Assembly: GCA_013265495.1 (NCBI GenBank)
Contig: MU058010.1
Span: 285,145 to 349,144 of the forward strand
Origin: Vicugna vicugna
Lineage: Eukaryota
Reading direction: 5' to 3'
DNA length: 64,000 nucleotides
Shown: in pieces, positions 1 through 13,010 of the stretch
Position numbering within the stretch: the stretch's first letter is position 1
Layout of the letters: each line of letters begins with the position of its first letter
Translations under genes and position numbers: made by a program
Notes under the pieces: model-generated
What the model was told of the DNA's origin: nothing
The model's database searches: none
The model's input: only the letters and a program-made list of their open reading frames with translations

Positions 1-136
1 CCTTTCTGAGATCCCCACATTCTGCCTACGGAGTGTGCATCCTGAGCCATTTTCCCTTCTGAGACAGACCGCACTCCGTCTATGGAGTGTGTATCACTCT
101 ACATAAACTTGCTTTCACTTAAAAAACGAAAAAAAA
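1..136 (+). mobile_element. 3' end of an ERV1 (MER41-like) LTR-derived sequence ending in poly(A); cut by the window edge
   Basis: Two copies of a ttctgaga...ct(a/t)ggagtgtg(c/t)atc unit, CATAAA at 102-107 and an A tract at 121-136. Homologous to the element at 29321-29545. Confidence 0.65.
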
Positions 137-1672
137 TGGTTCTGCACTCTCACTTTTTACTATTTTAGGAAGAAAGAAAGACTGGTTCTAATTGAGAAAA
201 ATAAATGTGTGTATCTTAGACATTATAAACTTTGAGGAGCTCACTTATTCTACGTTGCATGTTAAAAAACTTAATTTCCTCACCTTAAAGGTTAGTTCAA
301 ATTTTAGAATACTTACTGTTACTCTTGTTTTATGACATATTTTTATCTGCATGATATTTATATAATGGGAACTTTGGGAAGAAGGACCTTTTCCTGGTCT
401 AGATATTACTAATAAGCATCAACAAATAGATATGAATATGTAATTTCATTACAACCTGAAAAATACATGTTATTATAATTGCATATTTCACTGGATAATT
501 TAAAATACAATCTACAAAAAGTTTATTTTAATTGGAAAAATTTTGCCACTGAGGGAAATCACATTTATCAAAAGATCTAATGCAAACACATTTCACACAA
601 AATAAGCAATTTATTTTAATTTAATTGTTGGCTTCTAGTTACTTGCCAGTCTACTGTTCTGTCATCACATTGCCTTAGACTCGTTCCTCCTGAAGCAGAG
701 CTCTTTTCCCTTCTTTAATCTTCTTTTCTTTTTCAATTAGAGAACCAATTATTTTTCAGGTTTTCACAGGTCACAGGGGGGCAGTTTGGCACTCTTGTTC
801 CTGGTGGTGTGCGATTCAACCCAGAAGAGTTGAAATAGCCAATGGGATAATTGGCTTTGTTTTTAAATGTTAGTGTTTAGAATGTTTGTTTTTTTATTTT
901 AAAATTATCCTTTTCCTCAATACTATTTTTAAATTTTGCTTCATTTAAAATCTTATCTGTCTGTATTAAAGTGAATAGGAGCTTTATAAGTTGACCAATG
1001 ATTTTTATTTCCATTATCTGCTTTGCCAGATTTAGCAATGTTTTCAATTCCCAAAGCAAGGAAAACAGGAATTTGTGTCAGCTTCAGTGTGGTAACAGTA
1101 CTTCTGTAATAGGATTTATTATTTGTATGTGTATATGTACATACGTGTATATAGCTGAACGAATATCACTCTTTAAACCAGGCAGTGCAAAAATGACTAA
1201 TCAGTAGATTCCTGTTTCTTTTCTTTCTTTCTGTTTTGTTTTTTTTTTTTTTGTAACATCTTTTTTTCTCAACAAGATTGTTGCGTGTAGAGAAGGCACA
1301 TGAGATGATGGTCCCATGCCTGCTTTTGTATCTCTGAGGTGTGTTTTTATCAAAAGAGCTATGTTCATCAGTGTGCTCTTGATGAATAAGCATAAACTAC
1401 AACCTCAATAAATCAAAATTTCTCATTGTTCTTGATTATACTAGGGTGTGAGAAGTCCAGAACGGCTGTTGGAAGCAAAAAGGAATGAGAGGGGGACTTC
1501 CATAGTAAAGGGGAAATGAGTGCTTGCTCAGCTCCTAACTGCCCAGTCCGTACATCATAAGAGTTAGGACTACGTCCTTTTTAGTATGAGTCTGAGGCTC
1601 AGAGAAGTTAAAAATCTAAACCTCAAGGTCGCCTCATTAGAAAGGAGTTGAAAGTCCTTCACTTCCTCCTGA

Positions 1673-2280
1673 CTTTACTGGTGCTGGTGGTGACTAGGTT
1701 CTTCTCCCGTCACAGAAAGACTTCAGAGATGAGATATGGAGGTAAAGAAAGTAAAGTGAGGATTTATTAAGGGATGGATAGTACACTCTCAAGGGGAGAG
1801 TGGGCAGGCTCAAGTGACTGGCTGTGCTGAGTTTCTTTGGCAAGTTGGTTACATAGAGTATAAAAACGCACGGGCAGAATATTCATTGGGGAGGGAAGGG
1901 TTTGAGGTCTTATTCCCTGATTTTCATCCCAACTCCACCTTCCCAATGGAAAGAGGGATTTTTGTCCTTATTTAGTCTGGATAGGAAGTGTCATGTTGTC
2001 AGTACATTATGAGTACTAATCTGCAAGGCTAATTTTACTGAAATGAACGCATAATGAGCAAAAGTTTACATTCAGATACTGGAGATTCCTGCCTTTTCCC
2101 ACCTTTGTAGGCCTCTAGGCTACTTGTCATCCCAAAATGTGTGACCACTTATCAGCCAAGAGGTTCCTGCTTTATTCTCTCTGCTCAGGGACCCCTGCTG
2201 TTTATATGATGTGTGGTTTCCTGCATTTGGCCTGTGTCCCCCTTTCTCTGCTCGTATCTAGCTGTCTGCCTGCTGTCACA
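1673..2280 (-). mobile_element. ERV1-class solo LTR
   Basis: About 600 bp, GC-richer than its flanks. Minus-strand AATAAA near 1763-1768 and a ...CA end. Resembles recalled MER41-like LTRs; boundaries approximate. Confidence 0.6.
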
Positions 2281-2414
2281 ATACCTTGTGTTCTTTCCTC
2301 TCTCTCCTGTTGGGACGCTACAGAAGAGGAGGGCAAAGAAGGCATGGGGGCACATGGGGGAGCCTCAGGGACGTCTGTGCATGTTGATGTGGACATGCCC
2401 TTGCTGTCAGACAC

Positions 2415-2534
2415 CCTGACTGACAGGGCAGCTCAGACATCTCCTTCAGTCCTTTAAACTCTAGAAGTTATGATCATCATTTCACTCATCACATACTTTC
2501 TTCAAACCTCTTCATGTTGTTTTCTCATATTCTT
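2415..2534 (+). repeat. Local direct duplication A, copy 1
   Basis: Matches 3779-3901 apart from one substitution and one 3-nt indel. Confidence 0.95.
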
Positions 2535-3059
2535 TCTGTTTTTAAGATGGCAGTGCAGACTGTCTTCAAATGTACTGTCCCTGCAAATATCACGTTTATC
2601 ATCTCCCGTGTGTGCACAGGTTCTAAGGGATTCAAAGACAAAGCAGTTCCACATCTAGCATTTGCAGCCTTCTGCGTGCAGGTCCAGCCTGTATTTCTAG
2701 CTGTATGCCTCCTGTTATTTGTCTGCGCTATACATTGTGCTCCAGTAATTTTGGCCTACTTTTCCTCTACATTTGACCATGCAATTCATTGCTTCTCTGT
2801 GTCTTCATCACTTACTCTGAATGTTTTAATTGGCAGTCCCTGCCCATTCTTTATCTCCTAGGGACTCTCCCCATGGGAGCTGCTGATGCCCTGTTAATGG
2901 TATGTCATTCACCAGGGTAGTGGTAGAGAGCTTGCCTGGCCTCCACCTTCCAGGCAGTTTTCCCCTCTGACTTCACGGGAGTGAGCCCTTTGTTTCTGGA
3001 CTGGGAGAGTGCGGAGGCTTTGGAAACCTCAGTTTTCTCACTTCCTCTGCTCCTACCTT

Positions 3060-3500
3060 GTCTTCAGTGCTTCCACTTCAGCCACACTGGAGAGCCTTTG
3101 TGACACCCCTCAGACGTGCCAGGTGGACTCCTGCCTGGAACATTCTTATTCCAGCCATCTGCTTGAGTAAGCCCCTCACCGCCTCCAAGTCTTGACTCAA
3201 ATGTCACCCTCTCAGTGAGGCTCCTACACTTACCTCCCAGTTTAGTACTGCCACGTTTCCCGTGTGTTCTCCCCTGCCACCCCAGCCCAGTTCTTCATAT
3301 ACCTTATTTTTCCTTTTTAAAATATCATAACCCTCTAACATGCTGTTTATTACTTATTTACTAGGTAAACATTTGTGTTTTTCTCTCCTTGCCAGCATTG
3401 GAATTTAAACTCCTTCAGGAGAGGGATCTTTGTTTATTTACTGATGTACCCGAAGCCTGGCACATAGCAGGCACCAAACTGATGTTGGCTGAAATGAATG
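3060..3500 (+). mobile_element. L2 LINE 3' fragment
   Basis: Contains ctcaaatgtcacc...cagtgagg and cctggcacatagcagg...tgaaatgaatg, typical of the L2 3' end. Confidence 0.7.
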
Positions 3501-3763
3501 GCTTTTCATTTCTTTAAAGCAGAAATAAAATAATTTCAGCCTCCCCAAGCAAACTGTTTTTTTTTCATTTTAAGCAACTAGGAATTTTGGAAAGAGTAGA
3601 ATTATTTAAATGATCTAGATTCCAATTAACTCTGCCACTGATGACTTTAGCTCTGAGTGAATAACAGGCTCTTTTGTAAATTAGGTAAAAAAATCAGAGA
3701 ATAATGAAGGTGGTTGATAGTGGGATAGGTTCAGGGTCTAGATGCTAAAATGATTCACCTTTT

Positions 3764-3901
3764 TTTTGGCCTACTTTTCCTGACTGACAGGGCAGCTCAG
3801 ACATCTTCTCCTTCAGTCCTTTAAACTCTAGAAGCTATGATCATCATTTCACTCATCACATACTTTCTTCAAACCTCTTCATGTTGTTTTCTCATATTCT
3901 T
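3764..3901 (+). repeat. Local direct duplication A, copy 2 (composite)
   Basis: 3764-3781 equals 2749-2766, and 3779-3901 matches 2415-2534. Confidence 0.92.
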
Positions 3902-4077
3902 GCTGCTGTGTTTTAGCAGCAAGAATATATGTAAAAAGGAGGAAGGAGTTTAGGTAAATTCTATTATTGTTAGATGGACCTTGATTTAATGTTTACAAAC
4001 CAGGAATAATGCTGGCAAATGGATTACAACATGGTTTGTATTTATTTTCCCCTAGAAATTGCTCCCTTTGTTGGGTG

Positions 4078-4850
4078 TTTTTTTTTTTTTTTTTTTTATT
4101 TTTTTTAAACTGAGGCACAATTAACATCACAAAAAATTAATCATTTCAAAGTATACAATTTCGTGGCCTTTAGTACATTCACAGTGTTGTTGCAAACCAC
4201 CACCTCTGTCTAGTCCCAGATCATTTCTATCAGTCCAAAGTAAAACCCTGTACCCAGGAAGCAGTTTCTCCCCATTGCCCATTCCCCTGAGCCCCGGTAA
4301 CCACCAGTCTGTTTGCTGTCTCTATGAATTGATTTATGCTGGATGTTTCATTTAAGTGGAATCATGCAATATGTGACCTTTTGTATCTGGCTTCTTTTAG
4401 CAGAATAGTTTTAAGAGTCATCCACATTGTACCATGTATCAGACCTACTTCCTGTTAATGGCTGAATCACAATCCCTTGTTCGTATCGTACCCTGATTTG
4501 TTTATCCATTGCTTCTTTGATGAAGATTTGTGCTGTTTCCTCCTTTGGCTATTGTAAATTGTGCTGCTCTGAACAGGTGTACATGCATTTGTTTGAGTAC
4601 CTGTTTTCAGTTCTTTTGGGTTGATTTTTTGGAGTGGAATTGCCGTATCCTATGCTAACTCTATATTTAGCTTTTTGAGGAACTGACAAATTGTTTTCCA
4701 CAGCAGCTGAATTACTTACATTCCCATCAACAACGTACAGGGTTCCAGTTTCTCCACATCTTTGCTAACTTTTTTTTTTCACATGGAGACTTGGCTTTAT
4801 TTTGATTACAGTAGACATCTAAGTAGCAATGAGATGGAACTTTACATTTT
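4078..4850 (-). mobile_element. Older L1 3' fragment (L1MB-like)
   Basis: Poly-T followed by antisense L1 3' motifs (tttagtacattcacagtgttg; gtggaatcatgcaatatgtgacc; ttacattcccatcaac). Confidence 0.8.
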
Positions 4851-4884
4851 AAAATACTTTTCCCTCCCTTTGTGTATGTGTGTG

Positions 4885-5145
4885 TTTTTTTTTTTAATTG
4901 AAGTATAGTCGGTTTACAATATTGTGTCAGTTTCTGGTGTACAGCGTAAAGTTTCAGTCATACACGTACATACGTATATTCCTTTCATATTCTTTTTCAT
5001 TAAAAGTTATTACAAGATATTGAATATAGTTCCTTGTATGAGCTTGTTTATTTTATATATAGTAGTTAGTATCTGCAAATCTCTAACTCCCAATTTATCC
5101 CTTCCCACCCCCTTTGCCCCTTGGTAACCATAAGTTTATTTTCTT
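4885..5145 (-). mobile_element. Younger L1 3' fragment
   Basis: ttttaattgaagtatagtc...tttctggtgtacagc...ggtaaccataagttt, shared with several other copies in the window. Confidence 0.85.
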
Positions 5146-5859
5146 TTTATTTGCTAAGTATTGATTGTAAGCTTTAAAAAAAATTCAAAGTTTACTGAAA
5201 ACTGTCCTTTATAAAGATTTGGGAGCAACAAAGAAAATCAAGTGTGTTAACTCTTCTTATAGATGCTAAATAAAGGCTTTAATCAAGTAGAGAAACCTCA
5301 GATTGAAAATAATATTTAATTATAATAAATTAATTGAGTGAATGATGGTACAGAATTCAAAGGTATTATAACTGGGATGCTTGCAATTTTACATGAAAGA
5401 TAAATGTTTTATGGTTATTCTGTGTTATAGCTATAAAATATTATATATGTGTTAGTAGTCAAGTAGCATAAAATCTTATGCTTTTTATTAAGATTATATA
5501 AAGATAATTCACTTAAGTATTTAAACTGCTATAATTTATTCATTATAAAACAATTATGTTACAGCAAATTTGAAAGTGATTGAAAGAAAAAACTACCACC
5601 CTAAATTCCACTACCTTACTTGAATTAATTATAGGATTTTCTCTATTTCCTTTTATCCTTTCAGAAGTTATACATGCACTATAATTTTTTATTTTCATAA
5701 CGCTTTCTGTGCTAAGTAGGTTTTATAATATCTTGACTCGCCGTATAGTATTGCATATGGTCGTTCATCACGATTAGACATATTTGAAAGCCTGTTGATT
5801 TACACTGGGATAATTAGAAAAGACCTCATGAAGGAGGCAGTTTCACCCTGCTGACCCCA

Positions 5860-6160
5860 TACATAATTCATTTCTTGGCTTAAGTGTCATCTTCTTAGAG
5901 AAATGCCTTCTAGGACTTCCCAAATTAGAGTAGACCTCTTTATAATTCAATCCCACGTTACTCTTTGTTTTGCATTCATAGCACTGGTTTGTGATTCGAT
6001 AAAATTCGCATTTGTTTGTTTAATGTTCTTTTTACCTATTAGATTGTAATCTTCCCAAGGGCAGAACTATATCTTCCCCCCACTGCATTCCTTTTACTCA
6101 GGCCCGTGTCTGATGCTAATTGTGCTTAATAAGCCAGATGGATGGATGAGTGAATGAACA
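5860..6160 (+). mobile_element. L2 3' fragment
   Basis: attagattgtaatcttcccaagggcag...gatggatgagtgaatgaa tail. Confidence 0.55.
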
Positions 6161-6794
6161 CACAGGGAGAGGGAGCAGAGAGTATGAACAAATTTGCTGG
6201 CATGTTTGGGGAAATATGTAGGCTTGGGAGTTAAAAGAGTAGTGATGGAGTGTACTTCAGTTTCTGTGGGACTGGGGAGATAGATGGAGGAAGGTCCTTG
6301 GAAGATGAACCTGGAAAGAGTCCTATTCCTTTATGTGCAGAATACAGGACTGAAATTCCGTTCTGTCACTCATTTACATATATTAAGTTAAAATTTTTAA
6401 ATGTTAAATATATTAAATGCTATCCCAGGGATATAATGTGATATAACCTATGCTTCAGCAGGAAAACAGCGTCGGGCTGTTTTTGTGTTGTAGTAGAAAG
6501 TCCAGAGGCTGGACTGTCAGTTAAGAGACTCCTTTAATTACCCAGGGATTGGGGATGCAGTCCTGGACGTAGGTTACTTCCATGGGAGTGCATAGATATG
6601 AGAGAGATTTGTGGAAGTATAATCAACCAGGTTTAGGCCATCATTAGCTGATGGGCTTTAGAAAGAATTGCAGAGCCTCAGGGTAATTTAAGTTTATAGC
6701 ATGTATTAGGTTGGTGTCTGTAAGTTTTAGACTGAGGACAAACAGATTTTATTTTTATCAGTTGACTTGAGATGCTGTTACAGATCTCCACTGT

Positions 6795-7015
6795 AAGGTG
6801 GCAGAGCTTTTCTGTGAAAGGCCAAATAGTAAGTGTTTTAGACTTTGTGGGCTATCTAGCTTCTATCATAGCTCTGCGGCTGTGCTGTTGCCGTGCCGAA
6901 GGAACTGTGAACCCCTTGTTAACTAGTGGTCCTGGCTGTGTCCCAGTGATGCTTTGTGTACAGGACAGATGGAAGATCAGACTTAGCTCATGGGGCTGTA
7001 GTTTGCTGATCCTGG
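6795..7015. mobile_element. MER58A-like hAT-Charlie DNA transposon
   Basis: ttttctgtgaaaggccaaatagtaagtgttttagactttgtgggc ... ggctgtagtttgctgatcctg. Confidence 0.75.
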
Positions 7016-7509
7016 GTTATATTATTGAGGTTTTATTTTAGATTATATTGTTAAGGCATAGTGGATCCGAGTGTGGGTTATGTGATTTTCTTCAACAGTA
7101 ATCACTCATCAGAATAGAACTGGAGACGTGGATATTGTATTTACTTAGATTTGGGCGTCCACCTCCCAGACATTTGTGATTCACTGTCAAACAAGCAAGA
7201 CACAGAAGAGGTGTAGTTGCAACTACCTTAAGAAGTTTGATCATGGAGTCTCAGCTGGGTGGTGAGAGAAATAAAGAAGAAGCGGGTATTAGAGGGAAAC
7301 TTGGTAGAAGTACAAGGACTAGAGATTTTATGAATGTTAAAGAGCAGGCTTCTTGGACATGAGCGGACTGGAAACCTGGAATCTTAAGTGCAATGTGCTT
7401 TATCTTAGTGTAAAAAATCTTGCAGAAATAGGTCTAATTCTAATAATTTTGCAGCCATAATGTTCTAATGAAATAATGAAAATAGAAGCAAGAGTCTAAG
7501 GTCGAAATT

Positions 7510-7740
7510 AACAGTGAAAAGCTTCAGCTTGGGAATCAGACCGCCTGACTGGAATCCTGTCTCTATGATTTCTTTGACTTTGGATGAATTTTCACTCTTT
7601 TTCAGATTAACTTCAATTTTCTCATTTGAAAAAGAGAGTTAATAGCTACTTACAGGCTTATTAAGAGACTATGTCTGTTGAATGCCTAGCATGATACCTG
7701 ATTCACTTTACTTCATAAATGGCAAGTATCATTATGGTTA
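7510..7740 (+). mobile_element. MIR SINE
   Basis: ggaatcagaccgcctg...tttctcatttgaaaaagagagttaatag...aatggcaagtatcattat core and tail. Confidence 0.6.
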
Positions 7741-8951
7741 TCATGTGAATTTCATTTTCTGGGTATTGCATCATGGCAAAGAAGTGTGGAGTAGCAGCTG
7801 ATGCTTTTATGAATGGGACTTGGACTGGGTATTCTCTACATTCCCTTCTGTATATGGGATTCTTTTTTTAAAATTTTTTATTCTAGATTTCTTCACTGAT
7901 ACTAATTTATTTCTCTGAATTCACATTTTTAAAGCATAGTATTTAGTCCCAGTTTTTAAAATAATAAATCATGACCTTATGAGATTTACTGCACAACAGC
8001 ATTGTTAGAAAAATGTGAAACTCTTGCCTCCCTCTTGGTAGTCTTTAAATTAGATTTTAGGTTTAGATTATGTCTGACTGTCCTGCATCAAAATTATTAT
8101 TTCCAGAGGTGAAGAGGTATATTAACTGGGGTCAGTGGTTGTCATTGGTTTATTTCAAAACAGTAAAGTGTTGAAAGAATCCAGCAGTAGCCCATTGCAG
8201 AGTTAAAGTTAGAGAAGTTTGCCATTTTTGCTAATGCCATTTTCTTAACTTTTTTGAAAACTATTGAACATGAGCATATGACTCTCTCCTAATTGTGATG
8301 CATTACTGTACCCTGTAATCTATGAGAGTGTTCACCTCTGCACTCTGCCTGTCCAGCTGTTGTCTTGAACAATTATCAGCGAGTTATTATTCCGGTATGA
8401 GCTGTGTCATGCTCGAAAGTGGGATGAAAAAAATGTTAATGAGCGTGCATGAATGCTGGTTGATGAAGGTTAAGTGGTTGCGGATATGGTCTCTGCATTC
8501 TTTCCTGTGAATATTCAGGCTGAGGCAATGGGTTCTGATGAGGGATTACAAACAAGTGGTGCTGATTGACAGTTTTTGATTTAACATTAAAATGGTATCT
8601 AAAAGCAGATTCTGCATTTCAGTGGAACAGCAGACACAGTGTTGTTGACCCCAGTGCAGCACCACACTTCAGCATCAGTTTTATTTTACAATTTTCATTT
8701 TTTCCTATTGTACCACCTTTTCAGATTCTCTCATTTTGTCGTACACATTATTTTAAAGATGTGCCTGGCAGTGGTGGCACAGTTTAAAAGATTTTTAACA
8801 TGTCTGTTATGTACATAGCTTTCCTACAGTACTAACTTTGCAATTTTAAATATGATCAGAGTATTATATACAGTAGCTGTTCAAGTTGATAAGTATGGGC
8901 CACTACTCATCAGCATGTTCTTTCTCTTTGTGTCTGTTTGCATGTATTTTT

Positions 8952-9526
8952 TTTCCATTTTTTAATTTCAGTTATTAATTAATAAATTTTTACTGAAGTG
9001 TAGCCAGTTTACAATGTTGTGTCAATTTCTAGTGTACAGCATAATGTTTCAGTCATATACAAACAGATGTTTCTTTTCACATTTTTTTCATCATAGGTCA
9101 CTACAAGATATTGAATATAATTCCCTAAACTATACAGTTAGAAACTTATCTATTTTATGTATAGTTAATATCTGCAAATCTTGAACTCCCAGTTTATCCC
9201 TCCCCACTCCCTCTCCCCTGCCAATACCATAAGTTTGTTTTCTATGTCTGTGAGGCTGTTTCTGTTTTATAAATAAGTTTGTGTCTCTTTTTTTTAGATT
9301 CCACATATATGTGATATTACATAATGTTTTTCTTTCTCTTTCTGGCTTACTTCACTTAGAATAAGGATTTCCAGATCCATCTATGCTGCTGCAAATGGCA
9401 TTATTTTATTCTTTTTAAGGCTGAGTAGTATTCCATTGTGTAAATATACCACAACTTCTTTATCCAGTCATCTGTCAATAGACATTTAGGTTTTTTCCAT
9501 GTCTTGGATATTGTAAATAGTATTAT
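8952..9526 (-). mobile_element. 5'-truncated L1 with 11-bp target-site duplication (TSD)
   Basis: Antisense L1 3' end. TSD catgtattttt at 8941-8951 and 9527-9537, followed by aaa (TTTT/AA endonuclease site). Confidence 0.88.
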
Positions 9527-10654
9527 CATGTATTTTTAAATGATGACCCAAGCACCTTTTTGGCATTTGTTATTTGTATGCTGATTAAAAATAACTGTAT
9601 ATTTCTTTAGTTAATTTTGAGTTGATTTTTGTGAATATTGCATTTCATATTGTATATATTGAGAGAGAACTTTAAATAGTTTTTTTCTTTTTTTTAAAGA
9701 AATGGCAGTGCAGGGAACAGTATGAGGTAATGTTGACAAGGATCTTTTCTCATCATTTTCTTCATTATTGATAATCCAGAACTTGGTTTTGCAACTGGAA
9801 ACTATGCTTTGTAAAATGTAAAATGTTACACAGATGTTTGTTTTGAACCTTTAAGCTGAAAGGACAACACACAGGGATCAAAATGCTTTGCATCTTGTAA
9901 CAGAAATAGAAAAAGGAGGAAATGTTTGTTAAATAAACGTTGAATTGTAAAGCGAGTAGGATCTATAGCAATCATTTTATCACTTAATAGGTGAGAAATG
10001 TGATGGCTAAACAAAGTAGACTTAAAACCTTTGCCAGTAGAACCAGAGTATTGGAAGTATTTGGCTTATTTGTAATTTTCTTTCTCTGTGGGACCTATGG
10101 AGAGAGCACCTTATAAATTCACTGCCTATGTAATGTAAGAGTTTTTAATAATAACCCAGAGTGTTACTCTTAATTTTTTTATGCAAGCATCTTTTTAATG
10201 GATGAAGTTTGCTTTTTAAACTTTAATCGATAGTTATTTTTTCTGATAAAATAAACTCATAATTATTATAGAAAATACTCACATTTTCACTCTGAGTTCT
10301 CAAGGAAACAGGGCAGGAATACCCACTTGTACCTCTTGGTACCAGTTCCCACATCTCTTCTGTGGATCCATATTCCTCTGCAAAAGAGGGCCTTCTTACC
10401 TCCTACCCCAGCAGCTTTGTGCTTAAGGGCTGTTTCTCCTCGGAGCTCTGTAATCCCTATTAAGTGCTTATGTGTTTGGGCTTGTGTGGCTTTTTTTTCT
10501 GTCAGCGGGTGGAATTGGATGTACAAATCATACTCCCTCAAGGCTAGCTCCTTCTTAATACTATGCCTAGGATTGCAGTTATCTGCCATCAGCAAGCAAG
10601 GGCTCTGATTTTGGTTATTGGATAAATCATGGCAAATCATGCATCCCAGCCGAC

Positions 10655-11100
10655 CAGCCAGTCAGCCAAACAACAAATAATATTGGATGCCTCCCCTGCA
10701 AAAGGCTCTGTCTTGTCTCCTAGGATGCAGTGCTGAGTGAGACAGATATACATCCTGCCTCATGTAGTACATTTTCAAATGTAGAAAATAGAAAATGAAT
10801 AGACAGAGAAAAATATCTGTAGTTTTTGAATGTGCTATGAAAGTAACAAGCAAGTTATGATAGGTGCTAGATTGGAGAGGAAGGTCATGGAAGAACTCTG
10901 AGGTCATGATAGTTACATGGAGATTCAAAAAGAAATAGGAATTTACCAGGCAAGGGATTAAGGAACAGGATCTCCAGGTATAGGAAATAGCATGTTCCAA
11001 GTTCCTCAGTTTGGAAAGAATCTATAATGTAGTTCATCAAGTTCAGTATGGCTTGGGCATTATTATGTAAAGGGGAGAATGGCAGGAAATGAAGTTTGAA
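10655..11100 (-). mobile_element. L2 fragment
   Basis: caacaaataatattggatgcc...gagacagatatacatcctgcctcatg...gaaatagcatgttccaag, typical of antisense L2. Confidence 0.55.
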
Positions 11101-11259
11101 GCCTGGACTGTTTGGAGAATCTGAGTTGTTTTGAAGGATGACTGGGCTTTTTGAATGAAGGGAGGAAGGAGAAGACTAATCCTGTAGAAGGAATGGTAGG
11201 GGCAGGGAAAGAATTGGCACACTCTTGAAATGCCTGCTAGCCAAGGGCATAGGAAGGTA

Positions 11260-11293
11260 GATGGTGGTGATGATGGTGATGATGATGATTATA

Positions 11294-11325
<32 letters not shown>

Positions 11326-11418
11326 GATGATGATGTTGGTGGTGGTGATGATGATGATGTGGTATTGATGATGATGATGGTGGTGATGATGATGATGATG
11401 ATGATGGTGATGGCGGCG
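11260..11418. repeat. Compound (GAT)n/(GGT)n microsatellite
   Basis: Directly visible trinucleotide array of about 160 bp. Confidence 0.95.
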
Positions 11419-12489
11419 CTGTCCCCCAGGTAGGCTGGTAGGTGGTGTTACAAAGTTAGGAAGTGCCCTGCTCTGAGCCTAGAAAGATTGATGCTCAGGG
11501 CAAGTCCTTTCTGGAGGCTTTGCTTCTTTTCTCTAAAAGGAGGTGTTAAGGTCTCTAGCTTCTTTATTTCTACCCCTAGAAAAGTTTATTTGAAACAAAG
11601 TAGTTTTTGACTCAACTATGCATTAATAAATAAGTACATTTCAATAAATAATTACACATATTTAAATAAATAAACTAGCAAAAATCCAACACATGCAAAG
11701 TATAGGTAGTGGTAGAAAGCAAATCTCTCAATTCCTGTCTCCAAATTCCGTCATCACAGTGCTGCTTCCCTGTACTACTGGTTTCTCTCCTGTTTCAGAG
11801 ATGCACTAGGAGTTCACGTGTGATGCTAATTCTTGAATTAAACAACTACATTATGTGGAATAAGCCTGTAAATGACTGAAGCTCTTGCTCTTTGGATTTG
11901 GCTTCTCTGAAACTTTTCACTTTATGTACATGATTATATCATTGTATAATTTTATCTCTACACATCTTTCTGCTCCAGTTTTAGTTAAAATTCTTTAAGG
12001 ACAAGTTTTACATTCTGTGTCTTTCTGTAGATATCCTTAGTGCCTTCTTAGTGAGTGAATGAATGAATGAAACTTAAGATTGTCAAACTTAAGGCCTTGG
12101 GGAGCTCCCTACTGACAATTATTACAGGTCCAGTTGTTACCACTGCTGTAACAGGGCTCCCTGCCCTGGGTGTCCTTCTCTGGGAGAGGGAGTATGGTCG
12201 TGAAGGTGGCCCAGAATTGAGAATTTGGATTCTAGTCTTGAATCTACCACCAACTACTTGTATGGCCTTGGAGAGGTCAGTTCTGCAGTCCTCAGTTACA
12301 TATCTCTAAAATCAGTGTTCACCTTAGTTCAAAACTTACAAGCTACCAAAGTAAACTTGAAAAAAAAAAAGACATCAAAAATCTGTTCTATCCAGGCTCT
12401 CTAGAAGAACTGTGCTAATAGTGCTAAATTGATCATAATTTTTTCTTGTAAGGGAATGAGATTATCATTTAGGCACAGTTAAAAGCAGA

Positions 12490-12854
12490 TACAAGAAAGC
12501 TTATACACATATGAAAAAATATATGCATAACAATGTTCACTGTAATGGTATTCTTGAGAGCAAAAGTTCAGAAACAACTTAAATACTCACCAGTAAGGAA
12601 AATAGTTAAATTATGATATCACTGAATTATGGCACCTAGGAGATATATTACGAAGCTATTAAAAGGAATGTGGTCAATCCATAGACACGAACATGGAAAA
12701 ATACTAAGGGCTTATTGCTTTGTGAAACAAGTAAAATGTAAAATAATATATGTGGTAAAAGCTGATGTAGCTAAAAAGAAAAAAAACTAAACTCTATTTT
12801 TACATACATGTATATGTGTGTGTGTATATATATGTGTGTGTGTGTATATATATG

Positions 12855-12893
<39 letters not shown>

Positions 12894-13010
12894 CCAGTAC
12901 TAGTTTTCTTTGGAGAATATTTGTGGTAACATGTAGTAAGGCAAAAGAAACCTTCACTTTATGGACTTTTATATTGTTTGAATTGTTTTATAATGAATTA
13001 AAAAATTAAT
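12490..13010 (+). mobile_element. Old L1 (L1ME-like) 3' fragment containing a (TA/TG/CA)n microsatellite at about 12805-12891
   Basis: aatgttcactgtaatgg...aacaacttaaatactcaccagtaagg...acatggaaaaat motifs; dinucleotide run visible. Confidence 0.6.

Noticed and set aside
2137..2861. Cluster of overlapping short ORFs
   Set aside because: They overlap an LTR end and probable degenerate LINE-like sequence, with no coherent protein or splice pattern.
4770..4802. Possible tiny antisense mRNA 3'-end retrocopy (AATAAA plus A tract on minus)
   Set aside because: It is too short, has no convincing TSD and is partly explained by the host L1 sequence.
11230..11433. Asp/Gly/Met-rich ORF
   Set aside because: It is a translation of the GAT/GGT microsatellite.
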